Of a stretch of DNA of 64,000 nt, positions 1-12,272 are shown piece after piece. The position numbers were made by a program, and so were the translations under genes. The stretch's first letter is position 1. Each line of letters starts with the position of its first letter. The notes beneath the pieces are model-generated. The model did no database searches, had not been told where the DNA came from, and saw only the letters and a list, made by a program, of their open reading frames with translations. Origin of the DNA: Octopus vulgaris (Eukaryota); assembly GCA_951406725.2 (NCBI GenBank), contig OX597814.1, positions 129,270,001 to 129,334,000 on the forward strand, read 5' to 3'.

Positions 1-517
1 ACCAAATTTTTGTATAATGTGTATATATGAATATTTTATTGATTAATCTGCTGAATAATCCGACCATATCTTGTTTCTTTACTTATTTTTAAACATCATG
101 TAAATACATAATGTTCAGAACAGTCAAAATAAAACAAAAATTTATATATATAAATTAAATTTTCAGCCGTTTAATCAATACAGCATCTAAACATTAACTG
201 GGAAGTTTATGTCCGAGTTGATGGTAGACTTCAAAAACCAATGAGAGGACGGTGCTTTATAACCCATTAATTGCACTGCATTGTCTTCATGGCCAAGACG
301 CGTGACTCTTTAGTCGTCCAGTTCATCCAACTAAAAATAGGCACCACGAGATTGGGAAAACTGTATAATTATCGAACAGTCCCACTTCCATCTTTGAGTA
401 CACACATGCATGTGTGAATGCATGCGTGTATAAATTGTGTTTGTGTGCATATATATATATATATATGATTGTGTGTGTGTCTGTGTGTATATATATAATA
501 TAATAAAATATATGTAT

Positions 518-822
518 GTGGAGGTGCAATGGCCCAGTGGTTAGGGCAGCAGACTCGCAATCGTAAGATTGCAGTTTCGATTCCCAGACCGGGCGTTGTG
601 AGTGTTTATTGATACGAAAACACCTAAAGGCTTCACGAGGCTTCGGCAGGGGGTGGTGGGGATCCCTGCTGTACTCTTTTGCCACAACTTTCTCTCACTC
701 TTTCTTCTGTTGACCTGCTCATTTAGCCAGCAGCGTGGCGTCATTTGAAGGCTAAAACAATGTGAAATGCATTGTGACCAGCTATGTGTAGCAACATCTG
801 ATAACCTGGTCGGTCACGGTGA
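518..822 (+). mobile_element. tRNA-headed SINE, family D
   Basis: A-box TGGCCCAGTGG and B-box GTTTCGATTCC; inserted in (TA)n; near-identical inverted copy at 51966-52267. Confidence 0.8.
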
Positions 823-1098
823 TATATATATATATATAGACATGCATGTACAGTGATGCAGATGTGGTTAACATGTTAACCACCACATGATCATTGTTTA
901 ACTGAACATAACATGTTAACGAGCTCACTTTGTAACCACATGGGTCCAAGTCTGATCATACTACATAATATAAAGCTTGATCAATTCCTTGCAATTGGAA
1001 TTTTATAAGGGAAAACTGTACAGAAGCTATTCACAAATGTGTGCATGTGTGCTCATATGTGTGTGTGTATGTAAGTATATATGTGTGTATATATATAT

Positions 1099-1133
<35 letters not shown>

Positions 1134-1170
1134 CATACATAGTTGAAATTTACAGAAAAACAAAAGACGA

Positions 1171-1371
1171 AGGTGTATTAGCTTAACGTTTGGGAAGGTG
1201 AGAAAATCTTTTACATTTCAAGCCTACTCTCTTCAAGGAACATGAGGAAATAAACAGAGAGAGAATTTTATTCTCTCTCTGTTTATTTCCTCGTGTTCCT
1301 TTCTGTTGAAGAGTGTAAGCTCGAAACATAAAAGATTTTCTCACCTTCCTGAGCATTAAACTAATACACCT
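1171..1371. mobile_element. Palindromic Penelope-like terminal-repeat remnant with hammerhead-like motif
   Basis: Arms 1171-1266 and 1270-1371 are reverse complements; a single-arm copy lies at about 15135-15290. Confidence 0.6.
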
Positions 1372-1463
1372 GTTTGTTGTTTATATATATATATGTGTGT
1401 GTGTGTGTATACATACATACATACATATATGTGTGTGGTGGGGGGGCTCTGTGTGTGTGTATA

Positions 1464-2541
1464 TATAAATGATATTTAAGAGGAGAATTCAAGTGGGTTC
1501 AGCAATTTATATAAACATATATTCAGCCATTAACTGATGTATATCAGTTATTAAGATATATTAATGTAACAGTCATTAATATATTAAAACATATTAAAAA
1601 TTTATGAATACATAAATATATATATAAAAGTATAATATAAATATATGGGTAGAAAAATCAAATTGAGGTATAAAAATTTTGATGTATAAAATTATTAATA
1701 TCTTGAACTACTATCCAATTGCTAGATTAAAAGTCATCATCATCGTTTAACGTCCGCTTTCCATGCTAGCATGGGTTGGACGGTTTGACTGGGGACTGAC
1801 AAGCCAGGAGGCTGCACCAGGCTCCAGTCTGATCTGGCAGTGTCTCTACAGCTGGATGCCCTTCCTAACGCCAACCACCCCAAGAGTGTAGTGGGTGCTT
1901 TTTACGTGCCACCGGCATGGGGGCCAGTCAGACGGTCCTGGCAATGACCTCGCTTGAATCTTTTACACATGGCACCAGCACGGGTACCAGAAGGCGATGC
2001 TGGTAATGATCACGCTCGAATGGTGTCTTTTACGTGCCAGTTGTTAAAAATAGTTTTAAGCATGGAGGTTGGAGGTGCAAAAGAACAGATATAGGTAGTC
2101 CAGTTTAAATAATTAGGTAGTGGTGCTCCAACGGCCATTTCAGGGGTACAGTGTTCCATAGATTTGAGGGTGTTCTAATCCGAATATTAGATACTGCCTC
2201 CTTCATCAGGGAGAGTACACTATTTAGGATTCACATTTTATGAGTTCATATATATTTTTATTCTTTAATAATTTTAACAACGCTTTTAATCTATTAATAG
2301 GATAGTAGTCCAAGATGTTTATATATTATTTTATACATCAACATTTTTATACCTCAATTTGATTTTTTCTACCCATATGTGTATATTACATATGTGTGTG
2401 TATATATATATATATGTATTTATAAATTTTTAATGTTTTGATATGTTAATATTTTTTAATAACTGATATACATCAGTTTATAGCTGAATATATGTTTACA
2501 TAAATTGTTGAACCTACTCGAATTCTCCTCTTAAATATCAT
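1464..2541. mobile_element. Element with about 260-270 bp inverted arms, an internal hammerhead-like motif and a nested RTE 3' UTR
   Basis: 1464-1733 is the diverged reverse complement of about 2283-2541; TCATCAG core at 2203-2209. Confidence 0.65.
1735..2039 (-). mobile_element. RTE-clade LINE 3' UTR fragment (family A)
   Basis: (CAT)n tail and ggcgttaggaagggcatccagctgtaga core shared with copies linked to RT-tail coding sequence. Confidence 0.8.
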
Positions 2542-2616
2542 ATCTTGCATCTCTGGTTCTCTACCTTAGCACTTCATACTGCTGCCTATATAATACGCAA
2601 AAAGAAATTTTTATTT

Positions 2617-2667
<51 letters not shown>

Positions 2668-2806
2668 AGAATATTTCTTATTTATATAAAATAAGAATAT
2701 TTCTTTGAGCAAGAATTTACAAGAGCGTAATAAAATAAAATGAATTCAGATTTTAGAGTGATCACATCATCATTTAATGTCTACTTTCCATGCTGGCATG
2801 GCTGGG

Positions 2807-2853
<47 letters not shown>

Positions 2854-2957
2854 TACATTGTTCTTTTTACCATCCATTTTTCAATGTTAACATGGGCTAC
2901 TTGAAAATGTTTTTGAAGCATAGTTTTACAGGTAGAGGGAAATTGTAATTAAGATAT

Positions 2958-3285
2958 CTGTGCCGGTGACATGTAAAAAACACCGTTTGAATGTAGCTGA
3001 TGCCAGCACTGCCTGACTGGCGTCCGTGTCGGTGACACATAAAAAGCACCAACTGATCGTGACCGTTTGCAAGCGTCCTCTGGCCCCTGTGACAGTGGCA
3101 CATAAAAAGCACCCACTACACTCATGGAGTGGTTGGCGTTAGGAAGGGCATCCAGCTGTAGAAACACTGCCAGATCAGACTGGAGCCTGGCACAGCCTCC
3201 TGGCTTCCCAGACCCCGGTCGAACCATCCAACCTATGCTAGCATGGAAAACGGATGTTAAACGTTGATGATGATGATGATGATGC
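2958..3285 (+). mobile_element. RTE-clade LINE 3' UTR fragment (family A)
   Basis: Same core, ends catgctagcatggaaaacggatgttaaacg+(TGA)n. Confidence 0.8.
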
Positions 3286-3534
3286 CCTTTCTGATGCTAA
3301 CCTATATCTGTTTTTCAAGTTGAGGATTTTGTATTCCTTACAGCTTCAAAGTCACAAAGCTTGTGGGAAATCTATCAACAGGCAAAATGTTATCCCTGTC
3401 AGTAATAGGAAATATATTTCAGAAAAATGCTGATGATAGGATTGAATTCAATGGGATCAAATGAACTCATAAAATGTAGATAGTACTACAATCATTTATG
3501 GAAATCGTTTCTTGAGATTAAAATATAAAATACA

Positions 3535-3836
3535 CGGGCACCATTCGAGCATGATCGTTGCCAATGTTGCCTTACTGGCACCTGTGCCGGTGGCATGTGT
3601 AAAAGATTCGAGCAAGGTCATTGCCAGTACTACCTGACCGGCCCCCATGCCGGTGGCACGTAAAAAGCACCCACTACACTCTCGGACTGGTTGGCATTAG
3701 GAAGGGCATTCAGCTGTAGAAACTCTGCCAGATCAAGATTGGTGCCTGGTGCAGCCATCTGGTTCGCCAGCCCTCAGTCAAAATCGTCCAACCCATGCTA
3801 GCATGGAAAGCAGACGTTAAACGATGATAATGATGA
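3535..3836 (+). mobile_element. RTE-clade LINE 3' UTR fragment (family A)
   Basis: Same core and (TGA)n tail. Confidence 0.8.
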
Positions 3837-4126
3837 TTTGGAATGTGTGTTTGTCTGTGTACATGTTTCTGCTTATAAGGTTGGCATACTATGCCATACT
3901 CCACTCCCACCCATGTGTTCTTTAATTATATATGCTTAAGTAAGCATAAATTATTTGGACAGATAGCTATATTCATAAACTACATGGTGCATTTGGTGCT
4001 TGGACAGATATAGTATGCAAGAAACATACGTTGATTTTGTAATGCACCTGTCTGTGCAGGCATGTTGTCATTATGAACATTTGTGCATGTCCTTAGAATT
4101 TTTATTTCTGCATATCTATGTGTGTG

Positions 4127-4690
4127 AGGGAACCTGTGGAAGAGGTAGAACCAGGAAGACCTTGGATGAGGTGGTGAAGCATGACCTTCAAACATTAGGT
4201 TTCACCGAGGCAATGACTAGTGACCGAGACCTTTGGAAATATGCAGTATGTGAGAAGACCTGGCAAACCAAGTGAGACCATAACCCATGGCCTATGCCAG
4301 GGGTGTAACCAGTCCACTTATGCGTACCTTTCCTTCAGTGGACACTAAACTCTAATTGCGAAGACCTGTTGAAAGTGAAATCGAAATCAAATCAAATTCG
4401 CAAATTCGATGACTGGCACCCATGCCAGTGGGGCGCTATCAGCACCATCCGAGCGTGATCGCTGACTTGCTTCCATGCCAATGGCATGGAAAAAGCGCCA
4501 TTCAAACGTGATTGCTACCAGCGTTGCCTTACTGGCACGTGAAAAACATTTGAGCGAGGTCATTGCCAGTGTTGCTGGACTGACTCCTGTGCAGGTGGCA
4601 CGTAAAAACACCACTTGAGCATGGCCATTGCCAGTACCGCTTGACTGGACCTCGTGCCGGTGGCATGTAAAAACACCCACTACACTCCCA
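4127..4690 (+). mobile_element. RTE-clade LINE fragment: ORF C-terminus plus 3' UTR
   Basis: Encodes GRGRTRKTLDEVVKHDLQTLGFTEAMTSDRDLWKYAV (RTE-type RGRP...W...DR..W tail), then family A subrepeats. Confidence 0.8.
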
Positions 4691-4906
4691 GGAATAAGAA
4701 CAAACCTGAGTGATAATGGTTTCAAACGTTGGTACAAGACACTAAAGTAATACTGGACATCAAGACATTCAAAGATATTTACTGTATTTTCTCTAACAAA
4801 ACTCAGATGCCATTATTATACAAGAAATGAGAAAATGAGAATATCATTCAGTATCAGAAATCTTCTCTTCTGCGAGAGAAATATTACAACAAAGCTGTCA
4901 GTAAAC

Positions 4907-4954
4907 CTTTCTTTTCTTTCTTTCTTTCTTTCCTTCTTTCTTTCTTTCTTTCCT

Positions 4955-4986
<32 letters not shown>

Positions 4987-5262
4987 TCCTTCTTTCTTTC
5001 TTTCTTTCTTTCTTTCCTTTTTCTTTCTTTTCTTTCTTTCTTCTCTTTCTTTCTTTCTTTCCTTCTTTCTTTCCTTCTTTCTTTCCTTCTTTCTTTCTTT
5101 CCTTCTTTCTTTCTTTCCTTCTTTCTTTCTTTCCTTCTTTCTTTTCTTTCTTTTTTTCTTTCTTTCTTTCTTTCCTTCCTTCTTACTTTTCTTTCTTTCT
5201 TTTCTTTTCTTTTCTTTTCTTTCTTTCTTTCCTTCTTTCTTTGTTCCTTACTTCCTTCCTTT
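4907..5262. repeat. (TTTC)n/(TTCC)n compound microsatellite
   Basis: Directly visible tetranucleotide array. Confidence 0.97.
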
Positions 5263-5519
5263 CATTCTTTCACTATTTACATTAAAATTTTAGCAGTTAA
5301 TGTATAATATTTTGTTTTCTTTCTAATTTATACATTATTAATGAGAACACTTTGTTTCTCATCTTGTTTTTGTTGTTGCTAAGCACCAAGTCAGAACAGT
5401 TTAAGCATATCCATGATCAAACAAATGCGTTTCAGCCAAAACCATTTTTTTTTTCTATTTTGCATCTCTTAAACTACATTTACCCAACATGCATTCTTCA
5501 AAGGGTTTAAATTCAAGAG

Positions 5520-5675
5520 CTCCATACTGTAGCTTTAGTCGAGCAAATCGACCCCAGGACTTATTCTTTGTAAGCCTAGTACTCATTCTATCAGTCCCTT
5601 TTATCAAAACACTAAGTTATGGGGACATAAACATACCAGCATTGGTTGTCAAGTGATGTTGGGTGGGTGAGACAA

Positions 5676-5706
<31 letters not shown>

Positions 5707-5856
5707 CAATGGGCTTCTTTCAGTTTCCGTCTACCAAATCTACTCACAAAGCTTTGGTTGGCCCATGTCACTTGCCTAAGGTGCCACACCATGAGATTGA
5801 ACCTGGAACCATGTGGTTGGTAAGCAAGCTACTTACCACACAGCCACTCTTGCACC
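5520..5856 (-). mobile_element. tRNA-headed SINE, family B
   Basis: Reverse complement of the 15943-16332 consensus. Confidence 0.8.
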
Positions 5857-6437
5857 TGAAAAATATAACATAATATAATATATATCCTTCCTTTTTCTTT
5901 TACTTTTAAACAGCATGATGTGTTTTGAGGGAATTTGGTTGATATTTCTTACAATCATATAGAACAGGAATGAGCAACCTTTTTCTTGAGAAGTGGGCCA
6001 CATGAGACATGGATCACTTTTCATTATGTATGTGTTGCACAGAAAGTCTTGTAGGTTGCAAGTTGCTCATGACTGAGGCTCCTATTGTTTTCTGTCTGAG
6101 TAAAGTTAGGTCAGACACAAAATTATTACTTCCAAGTATATCTACTATAAATAATAAAATGATAGTAAAATATAGTGTGAATTTAAGAGAGTTGGAGCTG
6201 ATGTCAGAGCTCTGGCTTAAGATACAAATCAGTTGAAATAGCAATTGTCTACTTTGATAAGATGATTATTTGCATGGAGAAAACTATTTATACGTTAATT
6301 TCTAGTGTAAACCTAATGTTCCTGCTTTGTGTGCTATCAAATTTTAGGAGTGTATTTCTATGGCCACCTACTACACATGCACACACACACATATACACAC
6401 ACACGCGTGCACTGCTGGTAGATGATTATTAGTGAAA

Positions 6438-6829
6438 TCTCTATATATATAAAGCTGAAGTTGTCTGTGTGTGACAGGTTTGGTAGCCTTCAACTAACAC
6501 TATCTCCTCTGAGACCCTGCGGCGCAAGTTGACCAAAATTGAGAGTATGATAGGAGAAGGCTTGCTCTTCCTTCCGTACAAGAAAAAATTGAAATCGGAC
6601 CATGTTAAGACCAATTATTATTTACATCAAAAAGGTGCTTTTTTTCTATGAAAATCCCTATTTTTAATGATTTTTTTACTGCTGTGTCGCCATTTTTCAG
6701 TGTATTTCAACCAGAAAAATGTTCACTTAAAGAGAATAACAAGCTACATAATGCAAAATTTTTACTTTTCAAAAATTCCAATTTTAAAGGGTCGAAACAA
6801 ACCCGAGCAACGCTGGGGGATACTGCTAG
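6438..6829 (+). mobile_element. Non-autonomous Helitron
   Basis: Inserted between A and T, 5' TC(TCTATATATAT), 3' CTAG preceded by hairpin cccgagc-aac-gctggg; copies at 43382-43735 and 33091-33310. Confidence 0.85.
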
Positions 6830-7829
6830 TTTGTTAAAAAGCCATGTATAGTACAGCTGAAATTGCCACATCTAGCCCCAAAATTAATACAATAATAACC
6901 AATTGTGAGAAGAAAAATAAAAATCAACTAAAAACAAAAAACAAGGGCAAAACGAATAGAGAATTTTCACATTTAATTTGTGATTTTCTGAAAAATAGCT
7001 GTGCTGACATTTTAGTGGACACTGCATAAAATTACTGCCTTCAACGGATCTGAAGGTTAGTTTTCTCTCAAAGGCTGCCTCTTTCAAATATCAGCAACAA
7101 CTATTGCTAAGTTGCTAAGCACAGCTACATTGACACTGATTACCAGTCAATATGAAAACTATCTACGATGTTTTAACAGTGTAAGCTTAAAGCATTTATT
7201 ATTATTAATATCATTCTTCTTCTTCTTCTTCGTTGTTGTCATCTTCTTCTTCTTCGTCGTCGTCATCTTCTTCTTCTTCGTTTCCTCCTCATCATCATCA
7301 TCATGACCATCATTTTTTAATGCTATTCTTCTTCATTGAGCCGGCAGTAATGTTAGCAACCCGGGCTAAAATACATACTAGCATTTCGTCCGTCTTTTGC
7401 ATTCAAATTCTGTTGTGGTCAAGTTTACCTTTCATCCTTTCAGCTAGCAAAACCATCAGTGTGTTGGATAAAAATGCTTTGTGGTATTTCTTCTGGCTTT
7501 TGCATTCTGAGTTCAAATCCTGCCAAGGTCTATTTGCCTTTTATCCTTTCAGGGTCAGTAAAATTAAGTACCAGTTGAGAACTTGGGTTGAAGTAATCGA
7601 CTACCCTCTCCCTCTAAATTTCAGGCCTTGTGCCTATAGTAGAAAGGATTATTATTATTAAAAAAGGCAGTGAACTGGCAGAATTGTTAGCACACCAGAC
7701 TAAATATTTAGTGGTATTTTGTCCCTCTTTATGTCCTGAGTTCAAAAGCTGCTTGAGGGTGACTTTTATTATTATTATTATTATTTTGTTTCTCTCTTCA
7801 TCATCATCATCATCATCATTATTATTATT

Positions 7830-8326
7830 CAGTAGTTTTTATTTTTTATAGCGTGCTTTCACTTCACTACCGAGCGCAGCTCTGTGTGCCTTGGGTATGT
7901 GCTGTGGTTTGTTGTGATGCTCTTATGGTTACCGTATTGATAGTGTTTTGTGTAGACTATGTGCAATGCACAGTAGTGCAATTTTCTGTATGTTATATAT
8001 ATTTGTAAGCCATGGTGTTTTTGTTATGTATTTTTCTGAATATTTTTTTTATCATACCTAATGTGCCTACTATGATAGGAATTGTTTCTGTTTTTAGATT
8101 CCACATTCGAGTTACCTCTATTTCCAGGTCTTTGTATTTTGAAAGTTTCTCCATTTCTTTTAGAGAAACGTTGTCATCTGCTGGTATTGATACATCTATT
8201 AGAAAGCACTTTTTTTCTTGATCTCTGACAACTATATCTGACCTATTGGCCTTAATTTCTCTATCTGTGTGTATTGGCATATCCCAGAGTATGGTTGCTT
8301 TCTCGTTTTCTGTGACCTCTTCTGGT
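7830..8326 (-). mobile_element. R4/Dong-like non-LTR retrotransposon 3' fragment (restriction-like endonuclease), copy 1
   Basis: ILWDMPIHTDREIKANRSDIVV..CFLIDVSIP..EKLSKYKDL..IPIIVG motif; tail in (TAA)n; frameshifted. Confidence 0.85.
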
Positions 8327-8350
8327 TACAGGATTATTATTATTATTATT

Positions 8351-8813
8351 CAGTAGTTTTAGTTTTATAGCGTGCTTTCACTTCACTACCGAGTGCAGCT
8401 CTGTGTGCCTTAGGTATGTGCTGTGATTTGTTGTGATGCTCTGATGGTTATTGTATGGAAAGTGTTCTGCGTAGGATGTGTGCAGTGCCTAGTAGTGCAA
8501 TTTTCTGTATGTTATATGTGTTTGTAAGTCCTGATGTTTTTGTTATGTATTTGTCTGAATATTTTTTTATCATGCCTAATGCACCTACTATGATAGGAAT
8601 TGTTTCTGTTTTTAGATTCCACATTCTGGTTACCTCTATTTCCAGGTCTTTGTATTTTGAAAGTTTCTCCATTTCTTTTAGAGAAACGTTGTCATCTACT
8701 GGTATTGATACATCAATTAGAAAGCATTTTTTTTTTCTTCATGATCTCTGACAACTATATCTGGTCTGTTGGCCTTAATTTCTCTATCTGTGTGTATCGG
8801 CATATCCCAGAGT
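8351..8813 (-). mobile_element. R4/Dong-like non-LTR retrotransposon 3' fragment, copy 2
   Basis: Same peptide ending IQKIALLGTAHILRRTLSIQ; flanked on both sides by (TAA)n. Confidence 0.85.
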
Positions 8814-9424
8814 ATTATTATTATTATTATTGAGTAAGAGAGCAGTTCATGCCATCAAAGTGACACTGGGGTAAAATATACGAAGCCCAATATACCCATC
8901 AAGACTTATTATTATTATTATTACTATTATTATTATTATTATCATTATCATCATCTCTGAAATTTTTACACGGTTTTTTGCAAACGAACAACACCCTTTG
9001 TAACTTTCATCCTGTGTTTTGTCCCTTTAAGTTTTAATTAATTTTTGTCAGCCCTTGTGGCCAATAAACGAATTTATTATTATTATTATTACTATTATTA
9101 TTATTAATAATAATAATAATAATATGGCAAGCTTAGCAGAATTGTTAGCAGGTCAGTCAAATTATCTAGCAGTATTTCTTTCAACTCTTCACATTCTGTG
9201 TTCAAATGCTACTGAGTTTGACTTTGCCTTTCACCCTTCTGGGGCCAGTAAAATGAGTACCAGTTGAACACTAGCATTTATGTAATTGACTTCCCCTTTC
9301 CCCTCAAAAAACTATTATTATTATTATATTTTCTTTCTTCAAATTTTCTTCCGTGTCTCGCCAAGTGTTTTCCATACACCTAGGGCAGAGAAGCTGCCCT
9401 TGGTGTACTGAATATTATACATAT

Positions 9425-9458
<34 letters not shown>

Positions 9459-9670
9459 AAGTAGTAGTTTTATTAGCTTCAATTCTTAGACACATCTAAG
9501 CTTTGAAAGCCTTAAAAAAAATCATTCACATTTATAGTTTCATAGTATTCTTTTGGGTTTTTTTTACGTTGTTTCTTTCTCTCATCACACACAAACACTT
9601 GCACACATAGGTGACCATGCATTTATACATATGCACATATACTAGATTTGTGTGTGTGTGTCTATTTATC

Positions 9671-9710
<40 letters not shown>

Positions 9711-10250
9711 TAATGGTTAAGTTTCAAATATAAACATTATGAGTCATCAGTCAACCTTTGACGTAGGGATTTATAGTACAGGTTGAGCTATTATTCATCT
9801 TCTTGATTACTGACTACAAAATGTGGCTTGCAAGACCTCCATTCAGGTGATTTTACTGGGTCACCATCTCAATCTTGCTTGCCATTTCCTCACAAGGTTA
9901 CCATTTACAGCTGAATGGACGGGAGTATTGTGAAATGAAGTGTTTTGCTCAAGAATTCATTGCACAGCCAATCTGAGATTCAAAACCATGATCTTGCAGT
10001 CATGAGTACAACGCCCTAACCACTAGACCATTATTAAACATTTTGCGTAAACATTAATTTAAGACTGAAAATGAACAACACACCCACTGGAAGGACTGAG
10101 ACCACTTATCTACCACTTACTTGAAAGGTGGTTTCAAATTAGTATTCCAAATTTCAAACTCTGATTAATCTCTATTTATAAATATGTACATATAATTTTA
10201 AAATGTATGTGTGTTTGTGTGTGTATTAATGTTTTTTTTTTCATATAAGG

Positions 10251-10305
<55 letters not shown>

Positions 10306-10309
10306 GTAT

Positions 10310-10602
10310 GTGGCCGATGCCAGCACCGCCTCGACTGGCTTCCGTGCCGGTGGCACATAAAATACACTAATCTGACCGTGGCCGTTGCCAGCCCCGCCTG
10401 GCACCTGTGCAGGTGGCACGTAAAAAGCACCCACTACACTCACGGAGTGGTTGGCGTTAGGAAGGGCATCCAGCTGTAGAAACATTGCCAAATTTAGACT
10501 GGAGCCTGGTGCAGCCTTCTGGCTTCCCAGAACCCCGGTCGAACCGTCCAACTCATGCTAGCATGGAGAACGGACGTTAAACGACGATGATGATGATGAT
10601 GA
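10310..10602 (+). mobile_element. RTE-clade LINE 3' UTR fragment (family A)
   Basis: Family core plus (GAT)n tail. Confidence 0.8.
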
Positions 10603-11599
10603 TATATTTCTTCTTTTTTGTGAAACATTGCAAACTGCTGTTTATATTAATTTTTTTTCCTTAGTGAAAATTGTGCAGTTGTTAATATAGAAATTTACCA
10701 TAATGTTGTTGTTATGTAGCCTCAAATCAACCCTGATACTGCAAACCGATCATCAAAGACATTCCAGCCTTCAGCAAACCGTCTTTTTAGGGATAATCTA
10801 GGACATTACATACAATGGGTGTGTGATTTAGGTAGGGGGATACTTTGGCTGCTATGTTTAGCATGTTAAGCGACCAGGTAGAGGCTCTTTCATTGGTTCG
10901 ATTGCGTGATGAGATTTTTTTACACATATATGTAATATGTATATACATATGTGTGCATATATGCATGTGTGTTTGTGTGGGTTGTGTTGTAGTTGTGTGT
11001 TTGTGTGTGTATCTGTGTATGTAAGGGTGTGTTTGTGTGAATGCGATTTGTAATTGTCAAAGTGGTGTGTGTAAGTGTGCATGTACGTATTTACATATGT
11101 GTGTATGTGTGTGTGAGTGTTGGTTATGGTTGCTAGAGTCATATTGCAAGTGTATATATATGTATGTGTTTTTTCTTGGAATGTGTGTGGGTTTGTGCTT
11201 CACACAAAACAAAAAAATGCTAAGAAAACAGGTTGGTTCATCTCAAATTCTTTGTAAACTCTTAAATATATCTCCTTCTGTGTATATATATACTACCAAA
11301 CAAACATGATTTTTATTGAACTCCTAATACTTTTTGTTGAATATTTTCTCAAATATTTTCTTGTAAACTGTTTTTAACATTTTCTTATTATCAAAGAATG
11401 TACAACTGTATTTTAATACTTTTCTGATAACCAGTACTTAACACAACAAAGTTTATACAAAGCTTTACATTTTAATTTTTGACAATCTTTTTCTAAAAAA
11501 AGTGAAATCAGTCAAGTGAATAAACATCTTTAAAATTGCATTTTCAAACCTTCTTTCAAATATATTTCCACTCGTGCAGTACCTTACAACTTCACTTTG

Positions 11600-11633
<34 letters not shown>

Positions 11634-11641
<8 letters not shown>

Positions 11642-12272
11642 AGGGATATTAGCCAACTGAATATGGCTAGGGACAGGGCAGGGTGGTGGGGGTGTCACTG
11701 TTGCATTTAGCCCCAGGCGAACATCAACGTCACCAGATAGGCCGACGCCGTCACGGCGTCCTCTATCTTGCAAAAGGAGATCATTCCCCAAGAAGCGGAT
11801 ACCACACACGGACCTAGGTTTCAAGGTGTATTGTCCCTAGCCATATTCAGTTGGCTAATATCCCTTATATTATGGAGCAGTCACTGTCTATATCTCATTT
11901 AGAGAATTATTATTGCTGTCGAACAGATTTTCGAAATCAGTAAATGTATTTACTTGAAAATCTTTATATATATCTTGCACGGTTGGTCATTCTTCGAGAA
12001 GCGGTGCCTACCACACGTTGATAATAGGCAATACACCTTGAAACCTAGGTTCGTGTGTGGTATCTGCTTCTTGGGGAATGATCTCCCTTTGCAAGATAAA
12101 GGACGCCGTGACGGCGTCGGCCTATCTGGTGACGTTGATGTTCGCCTGGGGCTAAATGCAACAGTGACACCCCCACCACCCTGCCCTGTCCCTAGCCATA
12201 TTCAGTTGGCTAATATCCCTTATATTATGGAGCAGTCACTGTCTATATCTCATTTAGAGAATTATTATTGCT
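11634..12272. mobile_element. Penelope-like/retrozyme-like element: inverted partial copy plus 355-bp unit with 86-bp terminal direct repeat
   Basis: 11634-11833 = reverse complement of 12029-12228; 11832-11917 = 12187-12272; flanked by (TA)n. Confidence 0.75.
12012..12057 (+). ncRNA. Minimal type-I hammerhead ribozyme-like motif, U3-A8 core variant
   Basis: Stem I CACACG/CGTGTG, core TTGATAA, stem II AGG/CCT, GAAA, palindromic stem III ACCTAGGT, GUU site (GUC in the inverted copy). Confidence 0.6.

Noticed and set aside
160-400. Upstream GRIP exon for the PDZ3 N-half
   Set aside because: Unique-looking sequence, but no PDZ-like peptide with matching splice sites was found; that exon probably lies before the window
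518-592. tRNA gene
   Set aside because: A and B boxes are present but continue into a dispersed SINE body; no clean cloverleaf
4410-4690. CRISPR-like repeat-spacer pattern
   Set aside because: Repeats are degenerate, spacers are related, it is part of a LINE 3' UTR, and the context is eukaryotic with no cas genes
4835-5293. 152-aa F/L/S-rich ORF resembling a membrane protein
   Set aside because: Translation of (TTTC)n
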